A stretch of DNA of 64,000 bases, from positions 85,108 to 149,107 of the forward strand of contig JAZQHC010000045.1 of NCBI GenBank assembly GCA_045540335.1, written 5' to 3'. Positions 20,208 through 30,614 of this stretch are shown here, in pieces. Under the pieces are notes generated by a model. The model ran no database searches. It saw nothing but the letters and a program-made list of their open reading frames with translations, and was not told the origin of the DNA. A program made the position numbers and the translations under genes. Within the stretch, counting starts at the first letter, position 1. Each line of letters starts with the position of its first letter. The stretch is from Eubacteriales bacterium (lineage in GTDB: Bacteria > Bacillota > Clostridia > Oscillospirales > CAG-272).

Positions 20208-21272
20208 TTATTTGCAGATCTCTTCGGAAAGCCTGTACAATTCGAGTTTTGCAGCAGCCCTTTCTTCGCAATGGCGGCGCATATCCACCAAAGAACCCTC
20301 TGCCTCAAGCTCTGCGTATTCTTCGGGTGTCATTTGTTCTTTGAACATACGGTCTATCTTAAGTGCCTTGTTGATATCCATAGACGTTATAACGCCCTTT
20401 CTTTCACATATAACAAGGTTACTCTTGCCGTCTAACAATTCATTAACCGCAGCTTTTCCCATGCGTGATGCGATAACCCTGTCTCTTACAGTGGGGTTAC
20501 CACCTCTTTGCACGTGTGCCAAGCGTGAGAATCTTGTTTCAATTCCCGTTTTTTCTTCAATTCGCTTCGCAAAACCTTCTGCAAAATTCTCTTTGCCTTC
20601 GGCTACTATAACGATAAAGTTACGCTTTTTATTCTCTCTTGCTTTAAGTATTTTCTGAATAGCATGTTCTTCATCATACGGAAGCTCTCTTACAGCAATA
20701 GAGATAGCACCTGTTGCAATACCCGTGTGTATGGCGATATCACCTGCGTATTTACCCATAACCTCAACAACGTTACATCTTGCGTGTGATTCGCAGGTAT
20801 CGCGAAGCTTATCAACCAATTCAACAACCGTATTCATAGCGGTATCAAAACCGATAGTATAGTCTGTTGATGAAATGTCGTTATCAATCGTAGCAGGAAT
20901 TCCTATACAAGGAACACCCATTCTTGTAAGGTCTGTTGCGCCTCTGAACGTTCCATCGCCGCCAATGGCGACGATGCCGTCAATACCTCTTTGTTTGCAA
21001 ACATCAACAGCCTTCTGCATACCTTCTTGGGTTTTGAATTCCAAGCAACGAGCCGAGTATAGCATTGTTCCGCCGCGTGATATGATATTGGAAACACTTC
21101 TGATACTCAAAAGTTCCATATCGTTTTCTATAAGACCCTTGTAACCGCCGTAAATACCATAAACCTCTTCAACGCCTCTGCCGATAGCCGTACGTACAAC
21201 AGAACGGACAGCGGCATTCATGCCGGGGGCGTCACCGCCGGAGGTTAAAACGCCTATTCTTTTAAACTGCAT
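20208..21272 (-). CDS. pfkA: ATP-dependent 6-phosphofructokinase
   Basis: GVLTSGGDAPGMNAAVR, GGDGT and the MGR motif are present. A C-terminal extension of about 35 aa follows. Confidence 0.85.
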   Translation of the reverse strand: MQFKRIGVLTSGGDAPGMNAAVRSVVRTAIGRGVEEVYGIYGGYKGLIENDMELLSIRSVSNIISRGGTMLYSARCLEFKTQEGMQKAVDVCKQRGIDGIVAIGGDGTFRGATDLTRMGVPCIGIPATIDNDISSTDYTIGFDTAMNTVVELVDKLRDTCESHARCNVVEVMGKYAGDIAIHTGIATGAISIAVRELPYDEEHAIQKILKARENKKRNFIVIVAEGKENFAEGFAKRIEEKTGIETRFSRLAHVQRGGNPTVRDRVIASRMGKAAVNELLDGKSNLVICERKGVITSMDINKALKIDRMFKEQMTPEEYAELEAEGSLVDMRRHCEERAAAKLELYRLSEEICK

Positions 21273-21389
21273 ATTAAAACACCTCTGGAAAATATATTAT
21301 ATAAAACCGACGTATCGGCTCGAATAATCATAATATCATAAGATTATTAAATAATTGTGAAGTTGTATTATATTTTTTAACAATAAATA

Positions 21390-22505
21390 CTATTTTACGA
21401 CATTATTGATTGCAAATTTACATAAATTAAGTGCAGAATTTGGTTTTGCTATACGTACTGCATTTTCTTTCATGCACTTTATTTTTTCCGGAAAAGCAAA
21501 ATATTGATATATAATGTCTTGCAAATCATATGCCGGTGTAACCTTCATAGCAATACCGTTATTGCAAAGAAAATCTGTATTTCTGTCTTCTATTCCGGGA
21601 ATGGGGTTGATTATTATTAAAGGTAAATTTTTGGCAAGTGCTTCCGAAGTGGTAAGACCGCCCGGTTTAGTAATAAATCCGTCTGCACACTCCATCAACT
21701 CGTCGATATAATCAACGTAACCAAGCACTATGATGTTTTTCTTATATTGGATATTGCAAAGCGCTTTGTAGGATTTTTTATTGGAACCGCAAACAACTAT
21801 TATCTGAAAATCGTATTTAAAATTGTCAAGCATGGTTACGGTTTCTTCTATATCGCCGAATCCCATACTGCCGCCCATAACCAAAAGCGTCAATTTTTCA
21901 AAATCAAGCCCGTATTTTTCACACAAAGCTTTTTTATCGTTTTTTTGGGCAAATTTTAATTTAATCGGTATGCCAAACGGTAAAAACTGTTCTTTTTTAA
22001 AGCCCTTTTTCAAACATTGAACGTACATCAATTCATTAGGACATATTACATAATCAAGACCGAGAGCACCTTCCCAAAATGGATGCATACAAAAATCTGT
22101 TACTACACCGTAGGTCTTACATTTTAAATCGAATTTTTCTTTGATTATATCTACCAAAACAGCGGCAAAAGAATGTGTTACAAATAAAGCATCGGGATTG
22201 TACTCTTCAATATAACCATATAATTTTTTTGCTGCAGAAACGTTTGACATTCTGACAATGGAAAAGTTCTCTTTATCGAATTTTCTTTCTTCAAGCCATT
22301 TATACACTTTTGCGTATGCGGTATCCATATGCTTTGTTGTGGTAAGATAGCCTTTATCAATTATTACTGCAAGCATATGGCTGATATATTCGTACGTATC
22401 AAGTACAAGGCAATCGTGCCCAAGGCTTTCAAATCCTTCCTTTATAGCAGAAGCGGTCATATTATGCCCCTGCCCTGCCGTGATGGAAAGTACCAAAAAT
22501 TTCAT
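21390..22505 (-). CDS. ugtP: Processive diacylglycerol glycosyltransferase (UgtP/YpfP, MGDG-synthase family, GT28)
   Basis: Three blocks align with B. subtilis UgtP: LVLSITAGQGHN, VVTDFCMH and FITKPGGLTTSEA. Confidence 0.75.
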   Translation of the reverse strand: MKFLVLSITAGQGHNMTASAIKEGFESLGHDCLVLDTYEYISHMLAVIIDKGYLTTTKHMDTAYAKVYKWLEERKFDKENFSIVRMSNVSAAKKLYGYIEEYNPDALFVTHSFAAVLVDIIKEKFDLKCKTYGVVTDFCMHPFWEGALGLDYVICPNELMYVQCLKKGFKKEQFLPFGIPIKLKFAQKNDKKALCEKYGLDFEKLTLLVMGGSMGFGDIEETVTMLDNFKYDFQIIVVCGSNKKSYKALCNIQYKKNIIVLGYVDYIDELMECADGFITKPGGLTTSEALAKNLPLIIINPIPGIEDRNTDFLCNNGIAMKVTPAYDLQDIIYQYFAFPEKIKCMKENAVRIAKPNSALNLCKFAINNVVK

Positions 22506-23594
22506 TTAATTCTTTGCCTCTGATTCCTGCTTATCCTTCTTAACGTAACCCATGTTTGTAACTTCGTCTCTGTGATATTGCTTTGCCGGCGCATCGGGTG
22601 CAGAAGAAAGCTTCACTTTAATGATTCCTGTTAACGGCGTTGATTCCACAACTATCCCGTTACCGTCTGCAGTTTGAACCATTGAATCTACTTTCGGGGT
22701 AAGACGTGCTTCTTCCTCGTACGTTTCGTGCTCGAACTTCAAGCAACACATCAATCTGCCGCAAGTGCCAGATATTTTAGCGGAATTAAGCGACAGATTT
22801 TGTTCTTTCGCCATTTTCATTGATACCTGACCGCAATCGTTTAAGAATGATTTACAGCAAAAAACTCTTCCGCAAGTGCCCAGACCGCCCATCATTTTTG
22901 CTTCGTCCCTGATTCCTATTTGTCGTAATTCAATGCGTGTTTTGAAAACAGCCGCAAGGTCTTTAACAAGCTCTCTGAAATCGACCCTTGAATCGGAAGT
23001 GAAATAAAACAACAGCTTTGTATTGTCAAACGTGTATTCCGCTTCAACAAGCTTCATTGGAAGATTATGTTTTTCAACCAATTTTTGACACTCTTCGATG
23101 GCTTCCTTTTCTTTAATACCGTTTTCGATATTACGTCTTTCATCATCTTCTGTGGCAACCCTTACAACATTTTTCAAAGGAAGAATAACTTCCCTTTCAG
23201 AAACGGTTTTGTTTTCTATTGTTATTTCGCCGAATTCCTGCCCTCTGGCTGTTTCAACGATAACATGCTGCCCCAATGTAAATTGCGCGCCGTTTGGACT
23301 GAAATAATATATTTTTTCGGAATTATCGAATTTAACCCCTACGATTTCAAACGTTTTTTCTTCAGGCTCTTTCACCACGGTTACAAATTCACCGTTGAAT
23401 GATACTTCGGAAACCGTAACATTATCCATAGGTAACATTTCATCCGGAATCACGATTTCCGGCTTGTCGTAGGGGGCAAGAACTTTATTTTCGTTTTGTA
23501 TCGGTTTGGCTTGATTTTGTTTTGTGTTATATGGTTTATGATATCCCTTTTTGTGTACAAAATTCTTGTTTTTATTTGTTTTTGTTTCTGGCAT
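22506..23594 (-). CDS. ricT: PSP1-domain protein YaaT/RicT (stage 0 sporulation protein). It may have an N-terminal extension.
   Basis: The PSP1 C-terminal motifs GTCGRLMCC and LGTCGRVFCC are present, and the gene sits downstream of holB as in Bacillus. The true start may be an internal Met, because the conserved core begins near residue 80. Confidence 0.7.
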   Translation of the reverse strand: MPETKTNKNKNFVHKKGYHKPYNTKQNQAKPIQNENKVLAPYDKPEIVIPDEMLPMDNVTVSEVSFNGEFVTVVKEPEEKTFEIVGVKFDNSEKIYYFSPNGAQFTLGQHVIVETARGQEFGEITIENKTVSEREVILPLKNVVRVATEDDERRNIENGIKEKEAIEECQKLVEKHNLPMKLVEAEYTFDNTKLLFYFTSDSRVDFRELVKDLAAVFKTRIELRQIGIRDEAKMMGGLGTCGRVFCCKSFLNDCGQVSMKMAKEQNLSLNSAKISGTCGRLMCCLKFEHETYEEEARLTPKVDSMVQTADGNGIVVESTPLTGIIKVKLSSAPDAPAKQYHRDEVTNMGYVKKDKQESEAKN

Positions 23595-24608
23595 TTATTT
23601 TTCTCCGTTATATTTTGTTTTCCAGAGTTTTGCGGAAAACTCGGTTATCATCAATGAAAGCTTTGTATTAGTTCCCTCTGTGCAAACGGCTTCAAGCAAA
23701 ACATTGCAAAAGGCAGAAATCGTAAATGAAGAGTACGTGTTTGAATACACGTCGAGAACGCTTTTATCAGTAAAATAAAGTAAATTTACACAATCGTCGC
23801 CTTTGTAAGCCAAAATATCGCGCAAAGCGGATATCAGATATTTACATACGGTATAGTAATCTGCATATGACTTAATGTTGTTATATTGGTATTCGATAAG
23901 ATCGAATTCGCTTGAAGCTTTATCAAGCAGAATGCGTACGGTATTATCCGCGATTTCGCGTATTTTCAACAAAGAATTTTCTTCGCTTAATATATCAACC
24001 GCCGCACCGATAGAACCATCTGCAAGAAATGCAGCTGTATCAAAGTCGCCGTCTTGAAATCTTTCTTTTAAATAATACTTTATTTCTTCTTTAGAAAATT
24101 CTTTCAATCTGAACACTTCGCATCGCGAACGTATCGTTGGCAGTAATTTCTTTTCATCCTCGCATAAAATGAAGAAATATACGCCGTTTGGCGGTTCTTC
24201 AAGTAATTTCAACAGCGCATTTTGAGTTTGCGGAAGTGTTTTGCTTCCATCCTCGATTACATACGCTTTAAAGGGAAGATCGTTTGGGGTGTATGCAATG
24301 GTATCGTATATAGAACGAATGCTTTCTATAGATACGTAAACACGCCCCTCCGGCGGCTTTATCGTTAGAATATCCACGCAATCACCTGATAATATTTTTC
24401 GGCAAGAGGGACAAACCCCGCACGGAGCGTTTTCGTCTTGGCAAACAAGGGCACAAAGAATGTCTTTTAACAGTGTTTTCTTGCCTGAACCAGCCTTTCC
24501 GGAAATTACAACTGCGTGAAAAAGCGAACCGTCGGCTATTTTTTTTTCAAGGTAACGTTTTGTTTCTTCATTACCGTATATTTTTTCAAGTTTTACATTT
24601 TTCATCAA
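23595..24608 (-). CDS. holB: DNA polymerase III delta-prime subunit
   Basis: It has an AAA+ fold (GKAGSGKKT), a zinc module CGVCPSCRKI and the SRC motif (TIRSRC). Confidence 0.8.
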   Translation of the reverse strand: MMKNVKLEKIYGNEETKRYLEKKIADGSLFHAVVISGKAGSGKKTLLKDILCALVCQDENAPCGVCPSCRKILSGDCVDILTIKPPEGRVYVSIESIRSIYDTIAYTPNDLPFKAYVIEDGSKTLPQTQNALLKLLEEPPNGVYFFILCEDEKKLLPTIRSRCEVFRLKEFSKEEIKYYLKERFQDGDFDTAAFLADGSIGAAVDILSEENSLLKIREIADNTVRILLDKASSEFDLIEYQYNNIKSYADYYTVCKYLISALRDILAYKGDDCVNLLYFTDKSVLDVYSNTYSSFTISAFCNVLLEAVCTEGTNTKLSLMITEFSAKLWKTKYNGEK

Positions 24609-25929
24609 CTATATCAACATCAGTTATTCCGACTTTAAGCAAAGCGGAAATTATTTCTTTATCAATTATATCGCCGGGGGTTATTATCGGTATTCCGGGC
24701 GGATAAACGTACTTTGTACAAGCTGATATTTTACCTTCACAAAGCACGGCTTTGGTATTTATTTTATGCGAAAAAACAGCTCGTCTTATCGATATGGCGC
24801 GTTTTGCAACGGGATACTGTGAAAAAGGCACCGTATCGTATAATTTTGCATTAGTTACGAATTCTTTTATACATTCTAAAAGTGCTGAAAAATCGTTGTC
24901 TGAAACAAAAACCGAAGGTATTAAAACACATTTTTCTTTACTTGCAAATTCGGGCACGATATTTTTTGATTCCAAAAAGGCACACAACTCGGTCATATCG
25001 TATTGCTTACCCTTTATATCCGCTGACGCAAGTGTGATTCTGCAAGGGTCGTAAATATCATACGTTTCCCTTATGATACCGTATTTAGCTGCATGTACTG
25101 CAAAATCGTTGATTGCTTTTATCAGTTTTTCTATGCGCTCTTTTCCAAAGGTGTTCATAAAATCAACGGCACCGTCTGCAGATGCGGCAATCAAATAAGA
25201 AGGCGATGTGGATACAAACAGTTTGATTGCTTCTAACATAAATTCTCTGCTCGCGACGCTGCTGTGTAAAATTGCACTTCCCGTTAACGACGGGGTAGTT
25301 TTATGAAGCGAGTCGATGGAAAAATCTGTACCAAGCAAAATCGGATGCAGGTTACCGCACCACGGTAAATGTGCACCGTGAGAGTTATCGACGATCAAAT
25401 ATGATGAAAACTTATGGCATAGCTTTGAAAACTCACGTATATCCAACATTTGCCCGTAATAGTCGGGCGATGTAAGCACGATTGTCGAATTAGGTTCTTG
25501 CGAAAGGCGGCACTTAAGGTCGTCAATATCTTCAAAATAAACGGCATCTGCACCGCAAAGCGCCAAAGCGTTTATAACAGATACATGACATTTTCTGTGA
25601 AGAAAAAATTTTCTGCCTTTTAAAATCGTACAACAGTAAATTGCTGCTTGTACACAGGAAGTAGCCCCGTGTGCAGATAAAATAGAATTCGGTGAATTGT
25701 ATGAGGATTCGATTTTTTTTAGCGTGCATTCGACAAAGCCGTCTTTCATCGGTGAATAAAGATTATCGGTTTTGCCGTTTTCTGTTATATCATATTTAAA
25801 GTATTGTTCCGTTAAGCTGTTATAACCAACGCCGCCGTGCCCGGGCATGTGGAAACGCACAGGTTCTTGCGCAGCGTATGAGGAAACCAGCGATACGACC
25901 CCTTCATTTTTCAACTTTGCTATATCCAT
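24586..25929 (-). CDS. Orn/Lys/Arg decarboxylase-family PLP enzyme (B. subtilis YaaO-like)
   Basis: The 447-aa product has a major domain (HMPGHGG) and a C-terminal domain of that family, in YaaO-like synteny ahead of holB. Confidence 0.7.
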   Translation of the reverse strand: MDIAKLKNEGVVSLVSSYAAQEPVRFHMPGHGGVGYNSLTEQYFKYDITENGKTDNLYSPMKDGFVECTLKKIESSYNSPNSILSAHGATSCVQAAIYCCTILKGRKFFLHRKCHVSVINALALCGADAVYFEDIDDLKCRLSQEPNSTIVLTSPDYYGQMLDIREFSKLCHKFSSYLIVDNSHGAHLPWCGNLHPILLGTDFSIDSLHKTTPSLTGSAILHSSVASREFMLEAIKLFVSTSPSYLIAASADGAVDFMNTFGKERIEKLIKAINDFAVHAAKYGIIRETYDIYDPCRITLASADIKGKQYDMTELCAFLESKNIVPEFASKEKCVLIPSVFVSDNDFSALLECIKEFVTNAKLYDTVPFSQYPVAKRAISIRRAVFSHKINTKAVLCEGKISACTKYVYPPGIPIITPGDIIDKEIISALLKVGITDVDIVDEKCKT

Positions 25930-26012
25930 AAAGTTGCAGCTTTCTTTATATCAATCATTTTTTATTATAACATACAAAGGTTAATAAATCAATACAATTA
26001 AACGATTTTTAA

Positions 26013-26870
26013 TTATCTTTCACATTTGTACGGGTGGCAAAGATATGATGAGAAGCCGTTTTCCTTTAAAGAACTGCAGGCAGCCTCTGCTTTGCTTTCA
26101 GAATCGTATAAAGCAAACACGGAAGGTCCGCTTCCACTCATTAAAATGCCGCAAGCATCGTATTTTGCCATTATTTTTTTAATTTCTTCACTATGCGGCG
26201 AAACGGTTTGAAAAACGTTGTAAAGCTCTTCCCCTATTTTTCTCAGATCACCGCTTTGCAGAGCATCCAACGATCGTGAAATATTACGCACGGTTCTGTT
26301 TTGCTTCTTATCAAGCTCTTCAAAGGCCCATTTTGTATATACACGCTCTTGCCCTATCGCCACTACGATAAAGCAATCCGGCAATGGGATAACAGGGGTA
26401 AGAATTTCCCCTATTCCCTCAGCTAAAGATGTGCGGTTTATTATACAATAAGGCACGTCTGCCCCGATCTTTTTTCCCATTTTACATAGTTGTTTTTCAC
26501 TATACACATAATCGTGCAAACGGTTTAACCCATTTAAAACCGCCGCCGCATCGGCAGATCCGCCTGCCATGCCTGCACACATGGGAATATTTTTTTCAAT
26601 TTCAATATGAACACCGCTGAATTTAACGTTTTCAGATTCGCTATAAAAGGCTTTTGCTGCTTTTATAGCAAGATTATCCTCGTGCTTGCCGATAAAATCA
26701 GGGCATTTAACGGTAAATTCACCGCTTTCGTTTAACGCTATAACAACGTTATCGCATAAATCGACCGACTGCATGATGCTATTTAATAAGTGATAGCCAT
26801 CAGGCAATCTTTCAATAACTTCAAGAAATAAATTTATTTTTGCCGGTGCGGCAATAGAAACAGATTTCAT
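26013..26870 (-). CDS. ispE: 4-diphosphocytidyl-2-C-methyl-D-erythritol kinase. The ORF track extends to 26996; the likely start is the internal Met at 26870 after a GGTGG RBS.
   Basis: The GHMP kinase motifs APAKINLFLEV and PMCAGMAGGSADAAA are present. The first 42 codons of the track ORF are not IspE-like. Confidence 0.8.
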   Translation of the reverse strand: MKSVSIAAPAKINLFLEVIERLPDGYHLLNSIMQSVDLCDNVVIALNESGEFTVKCPDFIGKHEDNLAIKAAKAFYSESENVKFSGVHIEIEKNIPMCAGMAGGSADAAAVLNGLNRLHDYVYSEKQLCKMGKKIGADVPYCIINRTSLAEGIGEILTPVIPLPDCFIVVAIGQERVYTKWAFEELDKKQNRTVRNISRSLDALQSGDLRKIGEELYNVFQTVSPHSEEIKKIMAKYDACGILMSGSGPSVFALYDSESKAEAACSSLKENGFSSYLCHPYKCER

Positions 26871-27089
26871 AATCCACCATTTAAAATACGTTATATTTTG
26901 CAATACTACCTGATTATTATAACACAATTTACTTTCCGTGTCAATGTTGTGCCGTTTTAAACCCCGGATATAAAAATTTGATTTGAATAAATTCAAAAGG
27001 TCATTTTATTGTAAATTTTTTAAATATATATATACAAATATTGTTTTTTGTGATATCATATATGATAATGTTGAATATTGGAGTATAAC

Positions 27090-27842
27090 ATGGAATTCGA
27101 TAATAAAGAAAACATAATTTACGGCAGAAACGCCGTGCGTGAGCTTTTAAAGAAAAATGCTGAAATTGATAAGATATTCGTTATTCGTTCTGAAAGGTCC
27201 GGTTCTTTGGGGTATCTTATAGCTCTTGCAGAGGAAAAACATATTCCCGTTTTAGAAGCCGATAAATCCAAGCTTGATAAAATGTCTGATGGCGGCGTAC
27301 ATCAAGGCATATGTGCTATTACATCATCTATTCAGTACGTAGATGTGGAGGATATATTAAATATCGCAGAACAACGCGGGCAATCCCCTTTTATCGTTGT
27401 AGCAGACGGAATAGAAGACCCGCACAATCTTGGTGCTATAATAAGAACGTGCGAGTGCGCCGGTGTACACGGCTTGATAATTCCCAAAAGAAGATGCGCC
27501 ACGGTAAACGGTACGGCGGTAAAAGCTTCTGCCGGGGCTGCTTCATATTTACCCATAGCCAAAGTAACCAACCTTGCAAGCACCGTTGACGAGCTTAAAA
27601 AACGCGGTGTTTGGGTTTATGCAGCTGATTTTGGTGGCAGCAACTATTTCGAGTGTGATTTTTCCGGCGGTGTTTGCGTAATACTCGGTGCGGAGGGCAA
27701 GGGTGTATCTTCCCTTTTGAAATCCAAGTGCGATTTTACTGTTTCCATTCCCATGATGGGAAATGTAAATTCACTTAACGTTTCTTGTGCCGCAGCAGTT
27801 ATACTTAACGAAATAACCAAACAAAAATACATAATAAAATAA
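27090..27842 (+). CDS. rlmB: 23S rRNA (guanosine-2'-O)-methyltransferase RlmB (SpoU/TrmH family)
   Basis: It has a substrate-binding N-terminal domain and a SPOUT domain with a C-terminal knot (GNVNSLNVSCAAAVIL). The track ORF begins at TTG 27078, but the ATG at 27090 has a GGAG RBS 6 nt upstream. Confidence 0.8.
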   Translation: MEFDNKENIIYGRNAVRELLKKNAEIDKIFVIRSERSGSLGYLIALAEEKHIPVLEADKSKLDKMSDGGVHQGICAITSSIQYVDVEDILNIAEQRGQSPFIVVADGIEDPHNLGAIIRTCECAGVHGLIIPKRRCATVNGTAVKASAGAASYLPIAKVTNLASTVDELKKRGVWVYAADFGGSNYFECDFSGGVCVILGAEGKGVSSLLKSKCDFTVSIPMMGNVNSLNVSCAAAVILNEITKQKYIIK

Positions 27843-27871
27843 TCAAAAAGATAACAGAAAGCGAGGGTAAG

Positions 27872-30565
27872 ATGGATAATAAAGAAGATAAAAAAGACCT
27901 TTCTGCCGATGAATTGATTCGACAGCTTAATATTTCACTTGGCCTTTCCCCGGAAGGTCTTCCTATTGAGGAAAAAGCTTCAAATGCTTCAGAAGATGAT
28001 GATCCTGTTCTACAAGAAGATTCTTCAATTATCCCGATAGCAGATACGGAAAACGAAGATATCAATATTGAATCTATTCAAGCGGAAGAGTTGCAGTCGG
28101 ATGATACCACTTCGTTTGTTGCGGAAAACGAAAACGAAGAAAATATCAGCGATGATGCTTCGGAAAAAACGCAAGATAATACCGAAAAAAAACAATCGGA
28201 TACATTAAGCTCGCTTTTAGGCTTTTCGGATACGTTGGATAGAATGGATGATAGCGTTTTTCAGCCCGCACCTATCAAAAAAGCTGCATCGTCAAGAGGG
28301 GTAAACAGCATAAATCTTGCCGAAAAAGAACCCGAAGAGGAACGTAAGGTAATATTTGATGATTCTGAATTTGAGGAAGAAGAGGAAGATTTTCAGCCTA
28401 CCTCTGCATTCAAAGCACTTGACTCAAGCGCAAAAGCTATTTTAGAAGATGATGCACCTGATTCTGATATATCCGATACCGAAAGCGCGCAATCACAAGC
28501 AAAGGAAAGCCGGGAATCGACAGAAACTGAAGAAATACAGGATGAAGATGCAACCATAATAAGAACTTCGCCTGCAAGTGAAAATTCCGATGATAATACC
28601 GAGGAAGATCCTTCAAAATCTAAAATAGACCTCGAATCTCAATTTGCTTTTGACCAGATATATTCCGAAACGGAAAAATCAAGCGACGGATATGACGATA
28701 CCGAGCATGATATAATGAACGCCGTTAACTTCAAAGAAGTTTTAGACGAGCTTTACGACGATGACAAAGAACCCGTTGTTAAAAAAGTCAAAGAAAAAAG
28801 CAAACGCAAAAAAGAACCCCAAAACGCTAACGAGCCTAAAAGAAGCAAAACACACGACGAATACGTTAATGCCGCACAAAACAAACCTTTTCTTGAAAAA
28901 TATAAGAAAAGATATCTGTCTTCACGCTTGAGAATATGCGGAACGGTAGTATTTTCTTTACTTCTTTTGTGCCTTGAAAGTATAATTTATTTTAAAGCAG
29001 ATGTTCCCCACTTTTTAGATCCTGTTGCTAACCCGCGCGTTTTATTGCTTGTTTGCTTCCAATTATTTTTGATCTGCAGTGCTTTCGCAGTAAGATCGCT
29101 GATAAGCGGATTAAAGGGGCTTGTAACTGGCAGATTTACGTCAGATGTTATGACGTTTGTCTTTGTGGCGGTAACGTTTATATTCGGTGTGTTTGCTTGC
29201 ATAACGGCACCGCAAGAACCGCTTTTGATGTTTTCACCGTGTACGGTTTGTATTTTTGCTTCTTTGATAAGTGAATACAGAGATCTTAAAAGAGAGATTT
29301 CTGCTTTTAAGATCGTTTCCAGCAACCGAATGAAATATACTATAGAGAAATATACACCTTCCGAAAAAAGCATTGAAAAGAACGAGTTTTACAATTATCT
29401 TCCCGAGAATCCCGAGCTGTTGAAAATAAATAAAACCAACTTTATTGAAAATTTCGTTTCTAATTTTAGTAAAACTTCCAATCAACGCAGTGTGTTTGGA
29501 ATAATAACGTTAGCTTGCCTTGTTGTTTTTGCAGTTGTATTCGCGGTTATGTTTTCGTTGAAAAATTCCGTTTACGTTTCGCTTACAAGTGCCTTTACCG
29601 TTCTTTGTGCGGTGCTTCCTGCGTCACTTTATACTGCATTTTCATTACCGCTTTACAAAACATCTACAGAAGCCTTCAGCGAAGACAGTACGTTTATAGG
29701 TGAAAAGGTAGCAGACGATTTTTCGAGCGTTTCGGTAGTTTCATTTGATGATAAAGAGGTCTTCCCCTCGTACGGAATAAAGGTACAAGGTTACAGAACG
29801 TATCTTGATTCAAGAGATGACCACGTGGTTTTCGTTGTTTCAAGCATATTTTCTAAGCTTGGCGGCCCTTTAAAAGAGGTTTTCGCTGCCGCCGCAAATG
29901 AAATAGGTAAAACTGATAACGTAAAAATATACTCGATATACGAAGACGGTATAGAAGCCGACGTAGATGAAGAGCACGTTTTGATCGGCAGTGCCGCTTT
30001 CATGGAAGAAAAGCATTATATTCCGCTTTATACAGCTGATGACGAGGCGGCTGAAAGCAATAATTCCAAACGTATTATGTACGTTGCGTTTGGCGGCACG
30101 ATAGTGGCAAAGTTTTATATTAAGTATGCCGCAGACCCCGATTTTTCACATATACTTCGTCAGCTTACAGATGCGGGTATGTGTATAGCGGTTAAAACGT
30201 TTGACCCTAATATAGATACGGCACTTCTTGCAAGTGAGATAAATATAAAAAAATACCCCGTAAGGGTGGTTAAGTGTGAAAATAATAACGAGATGTCTTC
30301 AAGTTCTGAATCTGTAGAATCTACTATTATTTCAAGAGGGTCTGCAAAATCATTACTTAAAACATTAACGAATTGCAGAAAGTTATCCTCTGTTATTAAA
30401 ACTGGAACGCTTATATCCTCGATATCCATCATTATTGCAATAATGATAATGGTATTTGCTTATGTTTCCGGAATACCGAATATTATTTCTTCGCTTGCAA
30501 TAGTGGTATATCAGTTGGTTTGGATGGTAATAACACATATTATTACAGGTGCGTATATCAAATAA
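27872..30565 (+). CDS. Degenerate P-type-ATPase-like membrane protein with a roughly 330-aa acidic disordered insert. No DKTGT motif was seen.
   Basis: It has a Cation_ATPase_N-like start (LSADELIRQLNISLGLSPEGLPIEEKAS), a long D/E/S-rich low-complexity region and paired transmembrane helices. The cytoplasmic domain has P-domain-like remnants: AVKTFDPNIDTALLA against canonical GDGVNDAPAL. The phospho-aspartate motif is absent. Confidence 0.5.
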   Translation: MDNKEDKKDLSADELIRQLNISLGLSPEGLPIEEKASNASEDDDPVLQEDSSIIPIADTENEDINIESIQAEELQSDDTTSFVAENENEENISDDASEKTQDNTEKKQSDTLSSLLGFSDTLDRMDDSVFQPAPIKKAASSRGVNSINLAEKEPEEERKVIFDDSEFEEEEEDFQPTSAFKALDSSAKAILEDDAPDSDISDTESAQSQAKESRESTETEEIQDEDATIIRTSPASENSDDNTEEDPSKSKIDLESQFAFDQIYSETEKSSDGYDDTEHDIMNAVNFKEVLDELYDDDKEPVVKKVKEKSKRKKEPQNANEPKRSKTHDEYVNAAQNKPFLEKYKKRYLSSRLRICGTVVFSLLLLCLESIIYFKADVPHFLDPVANPRVLLLVCFQLFLICSAFAVRSLISGLKGLVTGRFTSDVMTFVFVAVTFIFGVFACITAPQEPLLMFSPCTVCIFASLISEYRDLKREISAFKIVSSNRMKYTIEKYTPSEKSIEKNEFYNYLPENPELLKINKTNFIENFVSNFSKTSNQRSVFGIITLACLVVFAVVFAVMFSLKNSVYVSLTSAFTVLCAVLPASLYTAFSLPLYKTSTEAFSEDSTFIGEKVADDFSSVSVVSFDDKEVFPSYGIKVQGYRTYLDSRDDHVVFVVSSIFSKLGGPLKEVFAAAANEIGKTDNVKIYSIYEDGIEADVDEEHVLIGSAAFMEEKHYIPLYTADDEAAESNNSKRIMYVAFGGTIVAKFYIKYAADPDFSHILRQLTDAGMCIAVKTFDPNIDTALLASEINIKKYPVRVVKCENNNEMSSSSESVESTIISRGSAKSLLKTLTNCRKLSSVIKTGTLISSISIIIAIMIMVFAYVSGIPNIISSLAIVVYQLVWMVITHIITGAYIK

Positions 30566-30573
30566 AAGAATAC

Positions 30574-30606
30574 AAAAAACACCGCCAAAGTTGGCGGTGT
30601 TTTTTT
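30574..30606. terminator. Bidirectional intrinsic terminator between the convergent genes 27872-30565 (+) and 30615-31295 (-)
   Basis: The sequence is aaaaaaCACCGCCAAagttGGCGGTGttttttt. Confidence 0.75.
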
Positions 30607-30614
30607 GCGATATT

